NCBI GenBank assembly: GCA_964512105.1
Contig: CAZEGI010000002.1
Location: forward strand, 15,125 to 79,124
Source of the DNA: an uncultured archaeon
GTDB taxonomy: Archaea; Altiarchaeota; Altiarchaeia; IMC4; CAZEGI01
Length of the DNA stretch: 64,000 nt
Reading direction: 5' to 3'
Positions within the stretch are counted from its first letter, which is position 1; every line of letters starts with the position of its first letter. Below, in pieces: positions 8,653-16,641 of this stretch. Made by a program: the position numbers and the translations under genes. Below the pieces are notes generated by a model, which was given only the letters and a program-made list of their open reading frames with translations, made no database searches and was not told the DNA's origin.

Positions 8653-9342
8653 ATGCGGTGTTGTGCGTTATTCTCCGGCGGGAAGGACAGCGTCATGGCG
8701 TTGTACAAGTCCATGAAGCAAAACGAAATCAGCGTTTTGCTATCCATAATTCCAGAACGCGACGACAGCTACATGTATCATGTCCCCAACATAACACTCA
8801 CAAAACATTCCGCGGAGGCAATCGGAATTCCGATTGTCATGGAAAAAACCTCCGGAAAACCACCAGAAGAAAACCTTGACCTGAAAAAAGCGCTGGAAAA
8901 AATAAAGAAAAAATACAAAATTGATGCCGTGGTTGCCGGTGCCGTGGGGTCGAATTATCAGTACAATATTGTGAAAAAAATCTGCGATAAGTTGGGATTG
9001 AAAGTTATCACTCCTTACTGGCAGAAAAGTCACGAGGAACTTATAAAGGAAGCCATAACTGCGGGATTCGAAATAATCATCGTCGGGGTTTATGCCCACG
9101 GCTTGGATGATTCGTGGCTTGGAAGAAAACTTGACCTTGATGCACTGGCTGAACTGAAAAACCTAAACCGGAAGTTCGGGATAAACATCGGCGGCGAGGG
9201 CGGTGAATACGAAACTCTCGTTCTGGATGGTCCGATATTCAAAAAACGCATGGAAATAGTTGAGAGCAGCAGGAGGTGGGACGGCGTGCGCGGGGAATTG
9301 ATTATCAAAAATATAAAATTAATTAACAAAAATAAATTATAA
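8653..9342 (+). CDS. dph6: Diphthine-ammonia ligase family PP-loop ATPase
   Basis: LFSGGKDS, SYMYH, GEGGEYETLVLDGP. Confidence 0.9.
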   Translation: MRCCALFSGGKDSVMALYKSMKQNEISVLLSIIPERDDSYMYHVPNITLTKHSAEAIGIPIVMEKTSGKPPEENLDLKKALEKIKKKYKIDAVVAGAVGSNYQYNIVKKICDKLGLKVITPYWQKSHEELIKEAITAGFEIIIVGVYAHGLDDSWLGRKLDLDALAELKNLNRKFGINIGGEGGEYETLVLDGPIFKKRMEIVESSRRWDGVRGELIIKNIKLINKNKL

Positions 9343-9644
9343 TGAATATGAAAATAAAATTTTTTTTGTTGCTGGTAGTGTTATTCGTGAGCGGATGCCT
9401 GACGTGCGTCCCAAAGATAGATTTTTCAACGTGCGAGAACGCCACAACCGATATCGCCAAGTCGAACTGCTACGCCGCAGGCATGGATAAGGTCGAATGC
9501 ATGTCCACATGCGACGGGATTCCGGACGAATATTGGCGGGACAGATGCTACCTGAATCTTGCGAAGAACCAGAAAAGCGTGAAAATCTGCGAGAACATAC
9601 AGAACAAAAACATACTGAAGGAATGCGTTGAAGAGGTTTATTGA
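9342..9644 (+). CDS. Cys-rich putative lipoprotein
   Basis: Signal peptide ending VSGC; repeated C..I...RDxCY pattern. Confidence 0.75.
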   Translation: MNMKIKFFLLLVVLFVSGCLTCVPKIDFSTCENATTDIAKSNCYAAGMDKVECMSTCDGIPDEYWRDRCYLNLAKNQKSVKICENIQNKNILKECVEEVY

Positions 9645-9865
9645 GCTACTACTACTGCGGCCTCTTTTTTCCTTTCCCTCTCCTGGATTTTCATGACCCT
9701 CGTGATGTAACCCGCGATTTTGTTCCGGATAGGCTTGCTTCTAACGTCGCAGAGCTCGTCAACCTGTTTTTTGTTCTTGTCGAAATCCGTGCCGAACTCC
9801 TTTCCGTAGTCCTCCACGAGTTTTTCAGCAATCCTCTTGATGTACGTTTGTTTTATCCTTCCCAT
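9638..9865 (-). CDS. rps17e: Ribosomal protein S17e
   Basis: MGRIKQTYIKR...RNKIAGYITR. Confidence 0.97.
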   Translation of the reverse strand: MGRIKQTYIKRIAEKLVEDYGKEFGTDFDKNKKQVDELCDVRSKPIRNKIAGYITRVMKIQERERKKEAAVVVAQ

Positions 9866-9897
9866 CTTGAATGAGTTTAGTATTTACACACATAGAT

Positions 9898-10788
9898 TTA
9901 AAAATACTCCCCGTGCAACAGCGAACGTGCTATGTCGTTTCCTACGCCCGCGGAAAAACCGGAAAGTATCTCCTCAAGGGATTTTTTGAGTTTTATCTCC
10001 TTCAGTTTAGGTTCGCCCTCGACACCGCCAAGCTCCGCAGCGATCTTGATTGCATCCTCTCTCGTCCCAAGATAATCCACGAGCCCCAAGCTGAACGCCT
10101 TAGCCCCGATGTATATGCTGCCGTCCGAAATGTTTCTCACGTACCTCACGGATAAATTGCGGTTGACTGCTATATCTGTTACAAGGTCGTTATAGACGGA
10201 ATCCACCATCTCCTGCAATTCGGTTTTTTCCTCGTCGGTTGCTGGTCTGTACGGGCTTCCAATATCCTTGCTCTTTCCGGCCTTTATGACAGTCATGTTT
10301 ATCCCGATTTTTTCCATAAGACCATAGTAGTGCTGCATCGTCATAATTACCCCGATGCTACCCATAATCGAGTTCCTGTCAGCAACTATCCGGTCCGCAC
10401 CAGTCGCGGCGTAGTAAGCGCCGGAAGCTCCGGTTTCACCTATCCATGCGACCACGGGTTTTTTGCAGTTTCGTATGGAATCCATCAGCTCCCTGCTCGC
10501 AACGACAGAACCGCCACCGCTGCTTATCTCAAGCACGATTGCCTTTATCGCGTCGTCCTCAACCGCGAGGTCGAGTTTCTTTTTTATGTCTCCAACATCC
10601 GCACAGCTCGGACTTTCAAACAAACCGGCCGGACAACCCTCAAGCGTTATCTCCCCGTAAACGGGAATTATCGCGATATTTGCTCCAAATTCGGGCAGCC
10701 TGAACGAGAGTAGAGCGAGCGCTATAATCGCCAAGGCCAAAATTGCGAATATCCCTGAAACTATTAAAATTTTGTGTTTGGTTTTCAT
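9898..10788 (-). CDS. sppA: Signal peptide peptidase SppA (S49)
   Basis: N-terminal TM, SGGG, ASGAYY, GSIGV, GKSKD; true start MKTKHK at 10788. Confidence 0.92.
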   Translation of the reverse strand: MKTKHKILIVSGIFAILALAIIALALLSFRLPEFGANIAIIPVYGEITLEGCPAGLFESPSCADVGDIKKKLDLAVEDDAIKAIVLEISSGGGSVVASRELMDSIRNCKKPVVAWIGETGASGAYYAATGADRIVADRNSIMGSIGVIMTMQHYYGLMEKIGINMTVIKAGKSKDIGSPYRPATDEEKTELQEMVDSVYNDLVTDIAVNRNLSVRYVRNISDGSIYIGAKAFSLGLVDYLGTREDAIKIAAELGGVEGEPKLKEIKLKKSLEEILSGFSAGVGNDIARSLLHGEYF

Positions 10789-10841
10789 TTTCTTTCTTTT
10801 CGTAAACGTTTTCTTTCTTTTTCTAAAAGAAAGAAAAGGTT
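10789..10841 (-). repeat. Hairpin unit D (family A-like, possibly a remnant or terminator) between the tRNA 3' copy and the sppA ATG
   Basis: ttttctttctttt-tct-aaaagaaagaaaa perfect stem abutting the duplicated tRNA 3' end. Confidence 0.6.
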
Positions 10842-10861
10842 TGCGGCTGCCGGGATCCGAA
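10842..10861 (-). repeat. Duplicate of the tRNA-Gly 3' end (19/20 identical)
   Basis: tgcggctgccgggatccgaa versus tgcggctgccgggattcgaa at 11019-11038. Confidence 0.92.
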
Positions 10862-11018
10862 ATAAGGGACTTGCAGTCCCTAATTACGACCAACGGTCGT
10901 AATTTGTCACGAATCTTCGATTCGATAACATATCAACCCTAGGCCACGTCAAGGTCATCGAGCAAACGAAGTTTGCGAAGATGGCCTATGTTTTGATAAA
11001 ACTTTTGTTAAAAGTTTT
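10862..11018 (-). mobile_element. Hairpin mini-element C (family A) inserted after the tRNA-Gly discriminator
   Basis: Begins AAAACTTTT-AAC-AAAAGTTTT-ATCAAAA, then several perfect hairpins, then the tRNA 3' copy. Confidence 0.7.
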
Positions 11019-11093
11019 TGCGGCTGCCGGGATTCGAACCCGGGTCGCAAGATTGGCAATCTCGAGTGATAGACCAGACTACACTACAGCCGC
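11019..11093 (-). tRNA. tRNA-Gly(GCC), intronless, CCA not encoded
   Basis: GCGGCTG...CGAGA TT GCC AA TCTTG...CCGGG TTCGAAT CCCGG CAGCCGC A cloverleaf. Confidence 0.97.
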
Positions 11094-11194
11094 TTCAACT
11101 TTTTTCATCCACTCCTGCAGCGGAGTTTCACAAGTTTTTGTTTTTTTCTTTTTAGGGTGAAACACTTTTTCTTTTTTTAAAAGAAAAAGGGCTC
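11094..11194 (-). mobile_element. Hairpin mini-element B (family A variant)
   Basis: CTTTTTCTTTT-AAA-AAAAGAAAAAG stem plus ACTCC-N6-GGAGT stem, between the 33-nt tRNA 5' copy and the intact tRNA. Confidence 0.65.
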
Positions 11195-11227
11195 CTTGAG
11201 TGATAGACCAGACTACACTACAGCCGC
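11195..11227 (-). repeat. Duplicate of the tRNA-Gly 5' 33 nt (32/33 identical)
   Basis: GCGGCTGTAGTGTAGTCTGGTCTATCACTCAAG versus ...CACTCGAG. Confidence 0.95.
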
Positions 11228-11320
11228 ATTTGTCTTTCCCGTTGTATCTGCCGTAGTTGAGGTGCATTAAGCCATTAGCTTAATGCGCCGTGTTTTGATC
11301 AACCTTTTGTTAAAAGGTTG
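11228..11320 (-). mobile_element. Hairpin mini-element A (family A)
   Basis: CAACCTTTT-AAC-AAAAGGTTG-ATCAAAA then GCATTAAGC-N5-GCTTAATGC stem. Confidence 0.7.
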
Positions 11321-11335
11321 CTACACTACAGCCGC
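11321..11335 (-). repeat. Duplicate of the tRNA-Gly 5' 15 nt
   Basis: GCGGCTGTAGTGTAG exact. Confidence 0.92.
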
Positions 11336-11416
11336 TTCCTTATCCTCGCTGAAGAGAATATATTTTTGTTACTTAACTTAAATATTCAATACAAGAATAC
11401 ATATAGGAAATAAAAA

Positions 11417-12385
11417 ATGTACCCCCTGCTATTTATATTCGCGGTTTCGTTCATGACCACTTTTTTGACCATGCTTTGGCTCATCCCAAAACTTGAGAGG
11501 GCAGGGATAGTGGGCAGGGACGTGAATAAACCAAACCAACCAGAAGTTCCGGAGATGGGTGGGTTCGGCATTATAGGCGGGCTTTGCATAGGCGTGTTGG
11601 TCGCTATTGGTATGCATACGCTTCTCGGCTGGTTTGAGGACATACACCTGACCTACCTGCTTGCGGCCCTGGTAACGATACTTCTCATGTCGCTCATCGG
11701 AATTTTCGACGACCTGTTTGCAATGCATCAGGCTGTTAAGGCGACACTGCCGTTGCTTGCCGCACTCCCGCTCATGGCGGTAAACGTTGGCGTGAAGAGC
11801 ATGGGCATACCATTCGTCGGCGAGGTTTATCTTGGCATTCTCTATCCTCTGATCCTGATACCGTTGGGCATCGCGGGCGCATCGAATGTAACGAACATGC
11901 TTGCAGGGTTCAACGGACTTGAGGCGGGAATGGGTCTCGTTGCGTGTTCCACGCTTAGTATCATAGCGTTCAAGATTGGGCGTACTGATGCACTGGTGAT
12001 ACTAATCCCCATGGTTGCGGCATTACTCGCTTTTCTTTTTTACAACAGGTATCCATCAAAGGTTCTCATCGGGGACATAGGGACATTGAGTATAGGGGCA
12101 GTTATTGCATCATCCGTAATCATAGGAAACTTCGAGTTTGCGGGAATAATCCTGATAATCCCGTACGCATTCGATTTCGTGATAAAGGCAGTTAACGGGT
12201 TCCCGAGCAAGGGTTGGTGGGGGCGCTACGAGAATGGAAAACTTTACCCGCTCGGCAAAAAACCCGTGGGTCTGTGCCAAACCGTAATGTATCTGTTCGG
12301 GGGCGTAAGTGAGCGGAAGCTGGTGCTGACACTCATGGGTCTTGAGGTTCTGTTCGGCGTTCTTGCGCTTCTTATATTTATGTAA
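11417..12385 (+). CDS. UDP-GlcNAc:polyprenyl-phosphate GlcNAc-1-P transferase (MraY/GPT/AglH family)
   Basis: VGRDVNKP, PEMGG, GIFDD, NMLAGFNGLEAG, IGDIG. Confidence 0.92.
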   Translation: MYPLLFIFAVSFMTTFLTMLWLIPKLERAGIVGRDVNKPNQPEVPEMGGFGIIGGLCIGVLVAIGMHTLLGWFEDIHLTYLLAALVTILLMSLIGIFDDLFAMHQAVKATLPLLAALPLMAVNVGVKSMGIPFVGEVYLGILYPLILIPLGIAGASNVTNMLAGFNGLEAGMGLVACSTLSIIAFKIGRTDALVILIPMVAALLAFLFYNRYPSKVLIGDIGTLSIGAVIASSVIIGNFEFAGIILIIPYAFDFVIKAVNGFPSKGWWGRYENGKLYPLGKKPVGLCQTVMYLFGGVSERKLVLTLMGLEVLFGVLALLIFM

Positions 12386-12400
12386 AACCCATTATGAAGT

Positions 12401-13531
12401 ATGGATTTAGCGGTAGTGCATCCCTTCCTTTATGTTCGTGGCGGGGCAGAGAAGGTTGTATTGAAAGTTGCGCAGCACTTTGATGCGAAGGTGTATTGCG
12501 TTGTTTACGAACCGGACAACACGTTTCCTGAATTCAAGGACGTGGATGTGCAGGTTTTGAGAACAAAGGTTTTACGCATGGTCCCAGGTTTTTTTGAGCG
12601 CAGATTAAGGGAAGCCATAATATCTGCCTATACGTTCTACAACGCAAAACTCGGCGATTATGATGTCATAAACGCGCAGGGAACGCCATCCGAGTGGATA
12701 AGAAACAAAAACAGCCCGGTCGTGTGGTATGTGCATTCCCCCAACAGAGAGGCGTTCGATTTGTACGATTACAGGATGAGACAGAAAAACATGGTGCAGA
12801 GGATGCTGTATTGGGCATCCATAAAACCGTACCGCACCATAGAACCGAAAATCGTTCCGAGGATAGAGCACATATTCGCAAACAGCAGGAACACGCAGGG
12901 AAGGCTGAAGCGATATCTTGGTGTGGACTCGGAAGTTTTGAACCCATGCGTGGATTATGAAAGGTTTTACTGTGGCGATTACCAGAAATATTTCCTCTAC
13001 CCCTCGAGGATAATCCCCGAGAAGAGATTTGAGTTTGCCATAAAAGCGTTCAAGGAGTTCAAGAAGAAAAATCCTGGCTGGAAACTCGTGATAACAGGTT
13101 CCTTGATAAGGAGCAGGAAAAACCACGTGGAATACTACCAAAGGATAAAGGAGATGCTCGGGGATGATGGGGACATCCTCCTTGACGTAAGTGATGAAAA
13201 ATTAAGGGAACTCTACTCAAATTGTTATTCCGTGCTGTATACGCCAATAGACGAGGACTTCGGCATTGTTCCGCTGGAAGGATTTGCAAGCTACAAGCCG
13301 TGCATTGCTGTGAACGAGGGCGGTCCAAGGGAAGTGGTTGTTGATGGTAAAACAGGTTACCTTGTTAACTCTGAGGATGAGATGACAAGGAGGATGAATA
13401 CACTCGCAGGCGACAGAAATCTCACGGAAAAAATGGGCAGGGACGCGAGGAGGCATGTGGAGAAGAATTATTCATGGAACAGGTTCATGGAGAAATTTGA
13501 GGATGTTTGCAGTAAGTTAAAGTCGAATTGA
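12401..13531 (+). CDS. GT4 glycosyltransferase (Alg2-like)
   Basis: GGAEKVV, SRIIPEK, EDFGIVPLEG, GGPREVV. Confidence 0.93.
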   Translation: MDLAVVHPFLYVRGGAEKVVLKVAQHFDAKVYCVVYEPDNTFPEFKDVDVQVLRTKVLRMVPGFFERRLREAIISAYTFYNAKLGDYDVINAQGTPSEWIRNKNSPVVWYVHSPNREAFDLYDYRMRQKNMVQRMLYWASIKPYRTIEPKIVPRIEHIFANSRNTQGRLKRYLGVDSEVLNPCVDYERFYCGDYQKYFLYPSRIIPEKRFEFAIKAFKEFKKKNPGWKLVITGSLIRSRKNHVEYYQRIKEMLGDDGDILLDVSDEKLRELYSNCYSVLYTPIDEDFGIVPLEGFASYKPCIAVNEGGPREVVVDGKTGYLVNSEDEMTRRMNTLAGDRNLTEKMGRDARRHVEKNYSWNRFMEKFEDVCSKLKSN

Positions 13532-14650
13532 ATCGAACACACGCAACGTATCGCTAACAACCCTATCCCATGAGTGGTTCTCAGCAGTTTTTCTTGCGTT
13601 TTTACCCATCGCCCTCATGAGTTCCTTATCGCTCAAAAGTGTTTCGATTTTTTCCCTTAGCTCTTCAATATCGTCCGGATTTTTCAGAAGCAAGCAGTCC
13701 TCCCTGCCCTGCATTATCTCGGCAGCACCTGCGATTCTGCTTGTAATTACCGGCATGCCTGTTGCCATTGCCTCCAGTATCACCAGACCGAAGGGTTCGT
13801 AAACGGTCGGAAAAACAAAGATATCGGATGCCGCATAAAATTCCCTAACACTTCTTGAGTGTCCGGAAAATATCACCCTATTTCCCACACCTAGTTCATT
13901 TGCAATTTTTTTGTACGGTTCTGGATTGTCATTACCGACAACAAGAACATTGACGTTTTTTGGCAGATCTCTAGTCGCCCGTATTACGTACTCAAGACCC
14001 TTCCTTCTGAATTCGTTGGCCACAAAGAGTAGGACTGTATCATCTTCGTTTAAACCGTAGTATTGCCTAATCTTTTTTCTGAACTTGATTTTGTTTGAAG
14101 GGTTGAACTCATCCAAATTCACCCCGTTATAAACAACAGCTATCCTGTCCTCGGGGACGTTATAACAACCAAGAATCTCTTTTTTTACAACTTCCGAAAT
14201 CGCTATTATCCTCCTGCTACCCCTCTCCAAAACATATCTTTCTATAAGAAAGACTATGTTGCTCGTTGGTTCAAAGGTTTTAAGCAATCTGTATCCCCAA
14301 CCTCGCTCACGCTTAAATTGCTTCACGACGGCCTTATGACAGCTGTGCATAACCACGACATCCGCCGTAAATGACTCGGAACCCTGGCTGTAGGTCACGT
14401 CGAACTTGTACTTGCCTTTCAACCATTTCACGGCTAGCGTGTTTTTTATTGCGTTCAAAAATATTTGGACAAAAAAAGGCCATCTTGGGAGGGGAAATTT
14501 ATGCACGTTCACTCCATCAATCTTGTAATCATACCACGTGGTTATAAGATGCACCTCGTGCTTCCTCACAAATCGTTCGGTCACTTCCGAAACGTAGCGT
14601 TCGATTCCACCAACCCGGTTGAACCTCCTGAGGACTACCGCAATTTTCAT
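13517..14650 (-). CDS. GT4 glycosyltransferase
   Basis: GGIERY, YNGV, EPFGLVILEAMA. Confidence 0.93.
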   Translation of the reverse strand: MKIAVVLRRFNRVGGIERYVSEVTERFVRKHEVHLITTWYDYKIDGVNVHKFPLPRWPFFVQIFLNAIKNTLAVKWLKGKYKFDVTYSQGSESFTADVVVMHSCHKAVVKQFKRERGWGYRLLKTFEPTSNIVFLIERYVLERGSRRIIAISEVVKKEILGCYNVPEDRIAVVYNGVNLDEFNPSNKIKFRKKIRQYYGLNEDDTVLLFVANEFRRKGLEYVIRATRDLPKNVNVLVVGNDNPEPYKKIANELGVGNRVIFSGHSRSVREFYAASDIFVFPTVYEPFGLVILEAMATGMPVITSRIAGAAEIMQGREDCLLLKNPDDIEELREKIETLLSDKELMRAMGKNARKTAENHSWDRVVSDTLRVFDSIRL

Positions 14651-15552
14651 GGTTTACTAACGGTTTGTTTTTTGTGTGTCGCTCTACTAAAAAATCTTTT
14701 CAGGAACCAAATCTTAGCTTTCAATATACCCCTTATTTCGTAGGGTCTTCCCTTCGCCAAACACAGAACCGAAAGTCTCATGGTGTGCAGAAAATCCAGA
14801 AACAGATACGCCAACATATTGAACTTATGCTTTTCCGCAACGAGCAGTATGTTCCTCTCCCCGAGAAATCGCCCCCTTTCGGACATCTTGTCCATGGTCA
14901 CGTGACACTTGTGCCACATCACCGCTTTTGGTGCATAAATCACGCGATATCCTGCCTCTCTGGCACGAAGAGAAAGGTCCAGGTCCTCGTAATAGATGAA
15001 GAAAAAAGGGTCGAACAATCCGATTTTTTTTGCCATGCTTTTCCTTATCATCAGTGCGCATCCCGTAACAAAGTCGACATCCCTGATTTTGTCGTGCTGT
15101 CCGACATCCTTCTCGTTAAAACCGTAATGCGTTGTTCCATACGTTTTGAGTTTTCCGCCGGCAAACCATATCACATTCCGCCGGTCATAGAAGTATATCT
15201 TCGGGCCGAGAATGGCAATTTTATCGTCAGACTCCGCTACTTTAACCAGTTCGTTTATCATGTTCTCATCCACAACTGTGTCGTTGTTGAGGAACAGCAG
15301 ATAATCACCGGTTGCATGTCTTGCCCCGATGTTGTTTCCTTCCGCAAATCCAAGATTTTCTTTGTTCTGGATGAGCTTCAATTCGGGAAATTTCTCTTTG
15401 ATGATTTTTTGCGTCCCGTCAGTTGAGCCGTTATCCACGACAATTATCTCAAGGTTCGGGTATTCAAGCCTCCTCAGCGAATCAAGACATTCGAGCACAT
15501 GTCTCTTCTCGTTCCATGTAAGCACGATTATCGAAACCCTCGGTTTATCCAT
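14647..15552 (-). CDS. GT2 glycosyltransferase (rhamnosyltransferase-like)
   Basis: VVDNGSTD, LNNDT, YYEDLDLS. Confidence 0.93.
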   Translation of the reverse strand: MDKPRVSIIVLTWNEKRHVLECLDSLRRLEYPNLEIIVVDNGSTDGTQKIIKEKFPELKLIQNKENLGFAEGNNIGARHATGDYLLFLNNDTVVDENMINELVKVAESDDKIAILGPKIYFYDRRNVIWFAGGKLKTYGTTHYGFNEKDVGQHDKIRDVDFVTGCALMIRKSMAKKIGLFDPFFFIYYEDLDLSLRAREAGYRVIYAPKAVMWHKCHVTMDKMSERGRFLGERNILLVAEKHKFNMLAYLFLDFLHTMRLSVLCLAKGRPYEIRGILKAKIWFLKRFFSRATHKKQTVSKP

Positions 15553-16600
15553 TCTTCACTTCCAAAAATTTTGCAAGCCTGTTTGACAAAACATTCCAGT
15601 CGTACTCTCTCACGACTTTTTCCCTCGCACGCTTCGCCTTTCTCTGAGCGTCATCCGGATTTTCCATTATCCTGTTTATGCACTCCGCAATCCTTTCCGG
15701 CTCAGGCGAAACAATATAACCCGCAAGCCCGCCATCCAGAATCTCTTTGATTTCGCCGGTGTCAGTCGCTATGATGGGCTTTTCCATCGCCATGTATTCA
15801 AATACCTTCATGTTGCTCGCGTACTCCAGACTTTCGAGTTTCGGGAAAGTGGCTATCAATGCATCCGCCCCCGACATCACCTCCGGCATTTTCTCATGCC
15901 CGACAGGACCGTAAAATTTGACGTTCTTGGGAGCTGTTTTTTTGAGTTCATCCGTGTTGCCCGGACCGACGACAATAAGTTCTGCCTCGTTCACGTGCCT
16001 CATCGCTTCGATTACCGGTTTGACCTGCTCCCGCTTGTACAGCGTCCCGGCATACATCACAGTGAAAATTCCGGAAGTTTTTTTTGCACTGGGTCTGAAA
16101 AAATCCGTATCCGCCCCATTAGGGATGTAAACAATTTTCTTTTTGTGGTTTTCCGGCACGAATTTCAGTATTTTTTTGTTTGAAATTATAACCGCACTGG
16201 AAACTGAAATCGCGATTCTCGATAAAATTCTTGATACAATAACATGGTAAAACGGGGCGTTGTTGTCCCTCAGCGTTGCGGGGTCCCATTCGTCGCAGTC
16301 GAAAACCAGGCCGCATCTGTGCAGGATTCTGTACACTAGCGCGGGTAGCATCGAATACGGATTCGGCTTCAGGAAATATACCATGTCCGGTTTTATCTCT
16401 CTCAGCCTGTTGTAAACCTCAACAAAATACAGCGGATTTTTCTTTCCGCGTTTTACGGTTATCACATCCACATTCTCGGTTCTGCCATAGCGGTCCGTGT
16501 ACGGCATCACGTATCCTCTCTCCTTAAATCTTTTGCCGAGCATGTAGGCACGCCTCGAGCTTGCCGCGGGCAGTGAGAAAGGTGAAATAAACAGAATCAT
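15545..16600 (-). CDS. GT4 glycosyltransferase
   Basis: IPNGAD, KVFEYMAMEKPIIAT. Confidence 0.9.
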   Translation of the reverse strand: MILFISPFSLPAASSRRAYMLGKRFKERGYVMPYTDRYGRTENVDVITVKRGKKNPLYFVEVYNRLREIKPDMVYFLKPNPYSMLPALVYRILHRCGLVFDCDEWDPATLRDNNAPFYHVIVSRILSRIAISVSSAVIISNKKILKFVPENHKKKIVYIPNGADTDFFRPSAKKTSGIFTVMYAGTLYKREQVKPVIEAMRHVNEAELIVVGPGNTDELKKTAPKNVKFYGPVGHEKMPEVMSGADALIATFPKLESLEYASNMKVFEYMAMEKPIIATDTGEIKEILDGGLAGYIVSPEPERIAECINRIMENPDDAQRKAKRAREKVVREYDWNVLSNRLAKFLEVKNG

Positions 16601-16641
16601 ACAATTTTATTAACCGGATGGGACATAAATATACGGTTAAA

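Noticed and set aside
10789..10893. 35-aa N-terminal extension of SppA in the ORF track
   Set aside because: It is a translation of the tRNA copy and hairpin D
10842..11227. Split or permuted tRNA genes
   Set aside because: An intact tRNA-Gly is present, and the fragments lack complementary leaders or BHB motifs
11079..11267. 62-aa ORF across the tRNA repeats
   Set aside because: Overlaps the tRNA and hairpin elements; low-complexity product
11061..11335. CRISPR-like repeat/spacer pattern
   Set aside because: Repeats are tRNA 5' sequence of unequal length, spacers are ~100 nt and structured, and there are no cas genes
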